This document shows, piece by piece, positions 34,301-43,100 of a DNA stretch of 64,000 nucleotides. The stretch is from Octopus sinensis (lineage: Eukaryota), in the NCBI RefSeq assembly GCF_006345805.1, contig NC_043001.1, positions 22,506,001 to 22,570,000 of the forward strand, in the 5' to 3' direction. A program made the position numbers and the translations under genes. The first letter of the stretch is position 1. Each line of letters opens with the position of its first letter. The notes beneath the pieces are model-generated. The model worked only from the letters and a program-made list of their open reading frames with translations. It ran no database searches and was not told where the DNA came from.

Positions 34301-36754
34301 TTTGGCATGGTTTCAATGGTTGGGTGTCCTTCCTAATGCCTATCACTTTATAGACTGTACTTGGTGCTTATTAGGTTGCACCAGTACTAGTGAGGTCACA
34401 AAGAACTTGGAAGACAAGTGGGTGTGTTGAGAGGTATAATAATAAAGCACCAAGTTTAACCACATTTACAGCCCATAGATTTGACTGCTAGTTTCCATTT
34501 AATAGTGTAGTATTTTATTTGATTCAGCAATGATATTCAAATATTTGTGTTTCCTGGAATATCTATTGTGAATCCCTAAAACCTTTTAGATCAAATTAGA
34601 TGCTAAATAGCCATTGACTATTTAACTGATTGGGCTTTTGATATTTAAATGGTATTGCTTGAAAAACCAATTTGTTAATGTAACTTTATCTTTGTTCACA
34701 AATGATATATGCAAAAGGTTTGCTTAGTCCATGTCTTCACTTTTGTTTTATTTCAGAAAAACACCAAGTAATTAGTTGGGGCCGTTGTGACTATGGGCAA
34801 TTAGGTAGGCCTACAGATCTTACATACAAAAACTGTGATCCAAAACCTTGCATTGTGGAAGATCTAGGCTTAAAAGTTAAACAGTTATGCTGTGGGGCAG
34901 AACACAACTTAGCACTTTTAGGTAAGTACTTACTCTTACTCTTTTATTTGTTTCAGTCATTTGACTGCAGCCATGCTGGAGCACCACCTTGAATCGAGCA
35001 ACTCGACCCTGGGACTTATTCTTTTGTAAGCCCAGTACTTATTCTATCGGACTCTTTTGCCGAACCGCTAAGTTACGGGGACATAAACATTGTCAAGCAA
35101 TGCTAGGGGGACAAACACAGACACACACACACATATATACATATATACGACGGGCTTCTTTCAGTTTTCCGTCTACCAAATCCACTCACAAGGCTTTGGT
35201 TGGCCCAAGGCTATAGTAGAAGACACTTGCCCAAGGTGCCACGCAGTGGGACTGAACCCGGAACCATGTGGTTGGTAAACAAGCTACTTACCACACAGCC
35301 ACTCCTTGATGCTTAAAACAAAAAAGAAACCTCATTTCCCATACATATTCTATTGCAATTAAGCGTTTTATTTTGCTGACAACATTTAAGTAATCTAAAT
35401 TTTATTGCCATCAGTCATTTGACTCTAACTATGCTATGGCACTGCTTTCAAGTATTTGATTGATTATACTTGATCCTTGGCATCAAAGCACATAATCAAA
35501 TACCACAAACATTTCATTCAATACGTTTATATATTTGTTGTGCAAGATTTTTTATGTGAAGTCGTGTGTTGAAACAGATGTTGTTATATTTTGGAATGGT
35601 CATTTTGCCAGTTTAACCAATAAAAACACACGCACTATATATTTGGTGTTACTTTGCTTCAGTGTTATTTATTTTTTACATTAATCTTAATCTTATTTCG
35701 GCCAGAGTTCTTTCGTCATATTTCAGAATGGTCACAGGAGTGTGACAAAAGAACTCTGGCCGAAATAAGATTAAGATTAATGTAAAAAATAAATAACGCT
35801 GAAGCAAAGTAACACCAAATATATAGTGCGTGTGTTTTTATTGGCTAAACTGGAAAAATGACCATTCCGAAATATAACAATATTTCATTCAATGATCTGC
35901 CAATTTACCAGCTTAAAAGATTCCTGTGGCCAGGATGTCCATATAATGAACTCTCCCACCATTAAACAATGTTCTCGCTGAACAACCACACAGATGGTTT
36001 GTTTGTAGTGATCAAATGTTTGTGTTCACATAATCTCACTCTCTCCATCAAATTGACTGTATGGGTGCATAAGTGTGTGTCAGATGTCAGAATGATCACA
36101 GCAATGTGAAATGAAGTGTTTAGCTCAAGAACACAATGTACCACTTGGTCTGGAACCACAATCTCATGACCACAAGTGCAACATCCTAACCACTAGACTA
36201 TGTGCCTTCACTTGTAGACACAGTGTCAGTGTGTTGCCATGTTTTTGAGATAGGTGTATTGATCATCATCATCATCATCGTTTAGCGTCCGCTTTCCATG
36301 CTAGCATGGGTTGGACAGTTCAACTGGGGTCTGGGAAGCCAGAAGGCTGCACCAGGCCCAGTCTGATCTAGCAATGTTTCAACTGATACAACTGATTATT
36401 TAATGCCCATAAAAGAAATCTCAGTCAATCATAACATAATTTACGTTTTCACTCCAGAGATTTTGTAAATGCTAATAATACAAGTCAGGTATTTTAATTA
36501 AAACAGTTTATAAATCTAATTATATCAGAAAATTTAGCATAATTTTAATATAAGGAAAGATGCTGACAAATTGATTCTTACTTTTCTCAGGATGTGGCTC
36601 GTTAGTTTGTTGGGGATGGAACGAACATGGCATGTGTGGAAATGGAAATGAAATCAATCAACTTAGACCCACCAAAGTACAACTTCCTGAAAAACCTTCC
36701 ATCCTTTTGACTGGAGCTGGTACTGGACACTCTTTTGCTCTTTGTTCAAATTAA
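18090..36754 (+). CDS. SERGEF: Secretion-regulating guanine nucleotide exchange factor-like (DelGEF), 7-blade RCC1 propeller; 10 exons, ~384 aa once the exon-8 frameshift is corrected
   Basis: Manually spliced GT-AG exons with consistent phases: 18090-18107, 21381-21519, 25371-25523, 25701-25780, 27887-27989, 28922-29020, 31863-31925, 33073-33242, 34757-34921, 36591-36754. Motifs FSW|GSNSHGQL, GGGGHS, AGWDFS, AGMRHS, SGWSHF, WGRCDYGQLG, CGAEHNLA, WGWNEHGMCG match my recollection of human SERGEF in order. Confidence 0.88.
21381..21519 (+). CDS. SERGEF: SERGEF exon 2
   Basis: tacag|GSNSHGQLAQGQSDDLSVPTEIVQNTCLFEDILSITGGGGHSLLVT|gtaagt. Confidence 0.92.
21724..21942. mobile_element. piggyBac-type MITE (one end truncated)
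   Basis: Inverse copy of 47309-47529; ends CTAAAGGG-TTAA. Confidence 0.75.
22285..22600 (+). mobile_element. RTE LINE 3'-UTR copy with (GAT)n tail (family E)
   Basis: ttggcgttaggaagggcatccagctg...aacccatgc...gatgatgatg; same tail ends the LINE at 53895. Confidence 0.8.
23028..23416 (+). mobile_element. SINE A (5'-clipped)
   Basis: Match. Confidence 0.88.
23935..24236 (+). mobile_element. SINE family B2 (tRNA-Arg-like head, (CAA) tail)
   Basis: tggcctagtggttagagcagcgg..gggttcaaatctcagacc; copies at 31998, 49942, 51931. Confidence 0.8.
24651..25036 (+). mobile_element. SINE A
   Basis: Match. Confidence 0.88.
25371..25523 (+). CDS. SERGEF: SERGEF exon 3
   Basis: ttgcag|KNGIVYSSGAIG...ITQVTAGWDFSIALT|gttagt; phase 1-1. 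Confidence 0.9.
25701..25780 (+). CDS. SERGEF: SERGEF exon 4
   Basis: aatag|NEGRVFTWGSNTFGQLGVTGTLKSLLP|gtaagt. Confidence 0.92.
26612..26755 (+). mobile_element. Family E (RTE 3' tail)
   Basis: aggaagggcatccagctgtagaaactctgcc...(gat)n. Confidence 0.8.
26890..27150 (+). mobile_element. Degenerate CR1/Jockey-group LINE ORF2 C-terminus
   Basis: YYNG..SLELA..MP...QSFLP...WNS...NLQKFKRNIN across frameshifts. Confidence 0.55.
27482..27626. repeat. Foldback inverted repeat with mirror hammerhead-like halves
   Basis: tttgaaact..agagtttgtctca.gacttg.gtttca / tgaaactcaagtcttgagacaaactct.agtttcaaa. Confidence 0.8.
27887..27989 (+). CDS. SERGEF: SERGEF exon 5
   Basis: ttatag|VEISIKAEDSDSERDRSCMVTHVVAGMRHSMALT|gtaaag. 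Confidence 0.88.
28279..28537 (+). mobile_element. SINE A 3' half
   Basis: Match. Confidence 0.85.
28922..29020 (+). CDS. SERGEF: SERGEF exon 6
   Basis: cacag|ISGDVFVWGAGRRGQLGLKNSEKLPTKQEKPKK|gtaagt; a second in-frame acceptor lies 6 nt downstream. Confidence 0.88.
29577..29940 (-). mobile_element. Non-autonomous Helitron with 17-bp terminal hairpin
   Basis: 5' A|TC at 29940; 3' tagcactatgacccggc-gtt-gccgggtcatggtgcta. Confidence 0.7.
29951..30584 (-). mobile_element. Non-autonomous Helitron with internal ~65-bp repeats
   Basis: A|TC..., cccgagcaacgccggg hairpin, CTAG|T; three copies of aaatgcattaaaatgg..aatcgtagactcatcgtagac. Confidence 0.85.
30655..30960 (-). pseudogene. mariner transposase N-terminal remnant
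   Basis: RNINAVYG..ISVRQCQWWFQK..SLEDEP..; TVEELAEKLGFGHSTIH*..VSKLGQWVPHEL. Confidence 0.85.
31135..31275. repeat. Degenerate (TG)/(TATG) microsatellite
   Basis: Seen directly. Confidence 0.9.
31500..31760 (-). mobile_element. Helitron-like 5' portion
   Basis: A|TCtcttattatataaaaggcag..tatacaaatctacaat, shared with the 29.9-kb element; 3' end not found. Confidence 0.45.
31863..31925 (+). CDS. SERGEF: SERGEF exon 7
   Basis: tttttag|LNSISGVQSLVAGAFHSGALL|gtaagt. Confidence 0.88.
31998..32299 (-). mobile_element. SINE B2 with 13-bp TSD (ATGGTGAAGTTGT)
   Basis: TSD at 31985-31997 and 32300-32312. Confidence 0.88.
33073..33242 (+). CDS. SERGEF: SERGEF exon 8 (apparent -1 frameshift at 33122-33124)
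   Basis: KDGSICVWGCNKYGQST in one frame, then HGSEMLTEPYKI...LHSGWSHFLVLT|gtaaat in another; 170 nt observed, 171 needed. Confidence 0.85.
33801..34145 (+). mobile_element. SINE family C, full length
   Basis: tRNA-like head plus gagcaagacac..tcactggtgccaagctg body. Confidence 0.8.
34757..34921 (+). CDS. SERGEF: SERGEF exon 9
   Basis: tttcag|EKHQVISWGRCDYGQLGRP...LCCGAEHNLALL|gtaagt. Confidence 0.93.
34931..35305 (-). mobile_element. SINE A, antisense, 9 nt from the exon-9 donor
   Basis: Match. Confidence 0.88.
35581..35880. repeat. Foldback inverted repeat, 138-bp arms (5 mismatches), 24-nt loop
   Basis: Direct base-by-base comparison. Confidence 0.95.
36060..36212 (-). mobile_element. 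SINE C (older copy)
   Basis: gtgaaatgaagtgtttagctcaagaacacaatg..cctaaccactag. Confidence 0.6.
36265..36380 (-). mobile_element. Family E fragment
   Basis: (cat)n cgtttagcgtccgctttccatgctagcatggg. Confidence 0.75.
36591..36754 (+). CDS. SERGEF: SERGEF exon 10 (terminal)
   Basis: tctcag|GCGSLVCWGWNEHGMCGNG...GAGTGHSFALCSN*. Confidence 0.93.
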
Positions 36755-36853
36755 CATTTCAGTCAATATTTACAAATTTCCAAAAATGTTAAAGAGTAGT
36801 ATGAAAAACTTTTGTACATGGAGAAAGAAACTGAGTTAAAAGAAAGACAAAGT

Positions 36854-36958
36854 AATAAATAGGTATAAAGCCAATTTATTACACGATAAAGTTGATATAT
36901 TTTTTTAAAACAATGCTGGCAACAAGGCTGACTGATAGTAAAATATATAAGCAATAAA
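36854..36958. terminator. Cluster of candidate polyadenylation signals: + AATAAA 36854-36859 and 36953-36958; - strand AATAAA 36875-36880
   Basis: Hexamers seen between the two convergent stop codons; usage is inferred. Confidence 0.5.
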
Positions 36959-37087
36959 GCAACTTTTCATTTCCAGGCTTTTTGATGCTAAGGGAAAAAT
37001 TCACAATCCTTTTGTAGTTGACAATAGACAGAATTATCTTGACAGTAACTTCTTATAAGCAAAGTCTTGAATAACAAGAGTTTTCCA

Positions 37088-37151
37088 TCATAGCCAACCA
37101 TTCGCTGCTTGGTCCATTTCATCTGCTTCAATAAAAGGCTTGTCGATTAAT
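37088..37151 (-). CDS. VPS18: VPS18 terminal exon
   Basis: tatag|LIDKPFIEADEMDQAANGWL*. Confidence 0.92.
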
Positions 37152-40100
37152 CTATAAGAAATGAAATTCATGCAATATTAGTCGCACAGTTTAATTAAAA
37201 AAGGCTATTATTAGTGCATCTAGACAGCAAATAGTATATAATTAATGAGAAATATAAACAAAAAAAGTTAACTAAAGAAACCAATAAGTTGAAAAACAGT
37301 ACAAATCTGCAAATGATGCCATCTCATTTGAATGGCAAAATAGGTTTATATTTCTAAACACAGCTATTTAAAGTCATATTTGAAGCCAAAATACTGTACA
37401 CCTCTTAAAATATATGCCTTGCTTTCAAGAAAGAACTAGCAAAAAACTTATTTACCATATCATAAAGTAGGAAACAGTGCAGGCAGCCTGTTTAGGCAAA
37501 AAGTAAATCAGAATAAAATCCCTGATACAAAACAGAGAGGACTCTTTAATCTTGCCACACCTATCCTCTTTAGTTCCAGTGGTTTGACAAAATTAACCAC
37601 TCTATGCTGTAAATTGGTTGGCAAGGGGAAGGGCTTTCAGCTTGACAAAATTATGTCAACAAGATGACATACACAACAAAGAAGGTTAGTTTCTTCTGTT
37701 GTTGTAACAGATGAAAGTGAATAGCAACACTTTGGAATGTGTCTATGAAACCTTACTATTTAAAACTAATTTTTTTTTTAAAGTTTCAGCTCAGAGCTGC
37801 GGCCATGCTGATGCACCGCCGTTTTGCGCTACACTGTTATTACTAGGAGCCTCCTCTAATATGTGGTACTTGATGAAGAATGGAGTTTGATATAGCTACC
37901 CTCATTTGCACCTCTTGCCATGCTAAAATTTAAAGTATAACTAAAATTTCATTATATTTCAGAAGTGTACTAGTCAGGCAAGTGATCTGACCTGAGACCA
38001 TGTGTTGAATCTAAAATGATAGCAGTGTAGAAGATGCATGTTAGCCATTAAAAAAAACACAAATATGTTTAACTCCATTTAAACATCTATTATCAAAATT
38101 TTTGTTGTGTGGACTGCATCTTAGTCACTGAGATAGGTTTTAACCATGTTGGTGATCAAGTTGCAGTTCATATTGTTTGATGAAAATTTTGACATCAAAT
38201 AATAAATGTTTAAGTTCAGTTTTTTGTGTTTTTGAATGGCTAATGTGTGATCTTTCCACATTGCAATCGTTTAAATTAAATACAGCAATACAAGATTTCA
38301 TTGCTGTATTTAAATTGGAAAAAAAAAAAAGTTAAATCAATAACGAAGGAAATAAATTACTTGATCATCATGTCTCCACAGTAAATACATTCTGCTCCAA
38401 TTATTTCATCAAGTTCAGTCTGAAACATAAAATTACAGAAATTAGGAAAAGCAAAATTATATTTATAAATGATAATGGAAATTCAAAAAGATAAAAGGGT
38501 CATACTTTAATGTTGGTTTCTGACTGGTTTCCATGAATAGTTAATAATAAATTCTGTATTCGTGGCTCTTTTACTTTTTTTTGCAATTCTTCAATTTTCT
38601 TTTTCTTTGATACAGAAAGGTTAGGCACAACCTAAAAATAATTATTTTAATTAGAATTTAACCTTCTTGAAATTAGTTTAATCATTTAATTTGTTAATTT
38701 TTTTAATATAATTTATAAAAGAAGTGTTTAATGATCAGACAATAATAATATCAATTTTTTGTATGTTTGAAATTTATACAATATACCCTTTGAAAGGGTT
38801 TACATTGCTTGCTTTGATGAATAGAAAAATTCATCTTTTACTAGATGTAACCATTAACCTTAAATAGTTAAGGACTAACAGTTTCAAATAGGAAAAAATA
38901 CTCCAAACGTTCAAATAACTTCATACATCAGAACTAGGGACATTATGGGTATGATGCTATATCAATGATGTGTTTTGATAAATTACATCAGTTTATAGAC
39001 TAACAACCACAAATAACTGATTTTCATTGAAATTACTTACTTCTGAAATAAGACAATCTGTATGGAATTTATGCTCACAAGGAAACACATGGAAAGACTG
39101 TGTCATGAGAGGAAAACCGCAGAAGAAACATTTGTCTTGTGTTTTGACGAATACAAACCTGCAAAGTAAATATTGTAAAGTTGGCAGTGTAAACAAAGGA
39201 AAATAAAAGAACATCATCATCATTAATCAATGTCTGCCTTCCAATATGCTGGCATAGATTGAATGGTTTGACAGGAGCCAGCCAGGCAGGAACCTACACC
39301 AGACTTCCATGTCTGTTTTGGCAGGGTTTTTACATGAACATTATTTTGCTAATAAATAAATTTTTATATTTTTTCTAATAAACATTTTAATATGGAATGC
39401 TTTGCAAATAATATGTATTAAATGGTTTTGATTTTATACCAGAAAAAAAGAAATGGCTAATCTCAACAATCTTCCCTTTCTCTATTTGGACTTAGATATT
39501 TTTTACAGAATTTTAAACAACACCCTTATTTATTGCATCATGCAGATATTCATAATACTTATCATCAACCTCTGGATACTACCTTCTTGAGTGCTAAGAT
39601 TCATGGGGCTGGTTACCCTGTTTCCATGGTATATAACTGATTGAAATGAAGGCACATGGCTCAGTGGTTAGAGCGTCGAGCTTACAATCGTGAGGCTGTG
39701 AGTTTGAATCCCGGACCGGGCTGCATGTTGTGTTCTTGAGCAAGACACTTTATTTCACATTGCTCCAGTTCACTCAGCTCTAGAAATGAGTTGCGACGTC
39801 ACAAGTGCCAAGCTGTAATGGCCTTTGCCTTTCCCTTGGATAACACTGGTGGTGTGGAGGGGAGAGGCCGGTATGCATGGGCGACTGCTGGTCTTCCATA
39901 AACATCCTTGCCCGGACCTGTGCTTGGGAGGGTAACTTTCCAGGTGCAATCCCACAGTCAGCAATTAATTGAATCAGTCAAAGTCAGAGCAAAGATTCAT
40001 TTCCGGTGATGAGAAAGGTGTGTGATCCTCCACTGCAAGGAGGAAACCCAGAACAACTGGGGTTGGGGACAAGCTACAGCAAGCCACCCACATTCACAGT

Positions 40101-43100
40101 ATGTAGTGGGGCACCTTTACAGCCAGCTTGCCTGGCTTTGTCTCTTGTTAATAACAGCACAAAACACAAAATTTTCTGTTGAATGTCGGACAGATGCAGA
40201 GGGTGTGTGACCACAGCGGCTATCAGATGCTGGAACAAACTCTGCTCTGGATTTGATGAAGGAGGGAAGGTAAGGCAGGGCTTCATCAACATCCTAGTTA
40301 ACCTATAACTGGGACCTTAACAAGTGCTACAATTCTAGGTCAGAGTAGACCTAGGACCAACAGTGGTTAAGAGATGTTTCAACACTCCTCAAAACCCTGG
40401 AAACCCCGTACCAGGAACCTACTTCTGGGTGCAGTTACATGACTGACTGAGACCACAATATTCCTCTGAAAAGGATGCAAATCTATCGTAGGATTACTTA
40501 TTTTACAGTGGAGTAGACTGGAGCACCCAGTCCAGGAACTGAAATCACAATCTTGCTATAGTGGTTACAACACCCTAACCACCAGGCTACATGTCTTTAG
40601 TAGAGATTGGTCCTTTCTTCTTTCTAATAATACAACATTAAATATATCTAAAAGAAGAATACTTGTTGCGAAAACTCTGAATTTCTCTACGAATTTCTTC
40701 GGCACTCTTGGTTGCTCTATCCATTTCTTCTTTGAGGGAATCAATATGTTCATTGTATTTCTCCAAAGAGGATATAATAGCATCCTGTAATAGAGAAAAA
40801 AAGAAGAGGAAATGTATAAGGAATCTGCATTTTTAGTACATTGTATATTCTCGTCAAGACATTATCTTTTACATGTTTTAGTCATTCGAGCATGGCCATG
40901 CTGGAGCACCACCTAGAAATATTTTAGTCAAACAAATCAACCCCAGTACTTATGTTTTTTTTTTAAGTTTGGTACTTATATTATCAGTCTCTTTTGCTGA
41001 ACTACTAAATTATGGGAATGTAAACAAATGAACAAAACAACAGTAGTTGTCATGCAGTGGTGAGAGAGAGACAGACACACACATGATGGCGTCTACATAA
41101 TTTTCATTTACCAAATTCACTCACAAGGCATTATTCTACTATAAGGCTCAGAAACCTGGATGTTATCAAAGAAGCTTGAGAGGCGGTTGAATGGAACTTA
41201 CACTCACCTCCTTATAAGAGCTCAAAATCTCTTGTGGAAGTGTCATCCAACCAAAGTACAAATATATGGGAAACTACCACCTGTATCATCTCTTGTGAAA
41301 GGTAGGAGAGTCTAGTTTGCTGGACATTATTGTAGAGCTGAAAACAAGGCAATTTCTACTCTTCTCCTCTGGACATCATCTACTTGCGATACCAGAGGGT
41401 GCACACTCTCCTACCCTGATGTAATCTCCAGGGATACAGGCATCCAGCAACAGGACCTCCGTAATGCTATGATGGACTGTGACGTCTGGCGTAGCATAGT
41501 AAATTCCATTGTCTTGACCATGGTCGAACAATGATGATGATTATTGCAGAAGAGACTAGCCCAAGGTGCTGCACAGTGGGACTGGACCCGAAACTACATG
41601 GTTGCAAACCAAGCTTCTTAACCACACAGCCATACTTGTGCCTATATATAATCTTAGACTTTTAAATCATATACACCTGGTTTTTAAACACTAACAGTTA
41701 CAGTATACAATGATGCTTTTTAATTATGTTGATTACATTTATACTGATATTTGAATGCAGTTTGGAATAATGTAGTTTCCTAACCTTGAAGTCATCAATA
41801 ATAACAAAATCGTGAAAAAATGGCAAAATGTCTTCTATTTTCAGTAAATCACATTCTCGGAGAAACTCCATTGCTCTCTTCACATCTTTCTCTTCTTCTA
41901 CAACATGCCGGGCTGAAAAGTAAAAAAATTTTATGGAAAAGGAAAGAAAGACTTAGTTTTAAATGTTGTCAGCCTGGCTTTGAAACAATAACAATTACAG
42001 TATATTTTGTGAATATAAGAAAAATCTTATAAATCAATAAGGAAATATCTATATATTGATATAGTGTTCCTTTAGTGATGAAAGCAACATGTTACAGCTT
42101 TGTGACAAAAGTGATTTGACTACCAGAAATATTTCTTAAGTTTTTTTTTCCATTTTCTTATTAAGTTTTTTGAGTGAAGAACTATGCCAGTGGAGTGCAA
42201 ACTCCTGGAAGTGCCTCCCATGCTGGACAGGTCAAAGAACAAAGGCCATACTAATATGGACCACCTTTTCCCAGAGGTAAAAATGGATTTGCATAGGGTC
42301 AACTGCCTATCTAGAAAAAAGCACAGTGTTACAGAAATGTAAATAACAATTCTAAATCAAGCCTGTGTCATTGCACAATTTAAAGGAATAGAATTAACAC
42401 TGAATATTTGTAGTAAAGTTGTAAAAGCCAAAATAATTTGAATTTTTTTTTTTTGTTTCGTAACGATAATCAGTTTTGCTTCCCAAACTACGATATGTTT
42501 TATAATTTTAATTAATATGTAAACATGCAAATATACATAATGGAAAAGTTACCAATTTTCAGCCACAGCTTCTTTCGTAGTTCGTTATCTTCCTCGTCTG
42601 GTTTTGATGCTTGCTCTTTAGCTAGATCAACATTTATCTGAAGGTAAAAATATCAATGATGACAATAATTGTTTTAAATTTTGGTACAAGTGCCTAATAT
42701 ATCAGTAACTACTACAGTTTTGTTGTGTCTGGGGAGAATCATTTTCTTTTTGTGCCTTATAATGTAACACACTCACAGGTAAAATTTCCACTTATTTCTT
42801 ATTTTTATTTTCCTAAAATTTTCGTTGCGTCTTGCAACCTTTTCAATAGTCTTGACTCTGTCCATTATTTACTGAAAAGGTTGCAAGACGCAACGAAAAT
42901 TTTAGGAAAATATTAAAAAAAAAAAGAAATTTTAACGATAGTGTGTCACATTATAAGGCACAAAAAGAAAATGACTCTCCCAAGACAACAGAATATGCTT
43001 CAACGCACGAACTCATATAAAGAATCTTGCAAACCAAATCCCAAAACGAAATACTACAGTTTTGTTTCATGAAATATCTTAATGATTAAGTTATTCAGCT

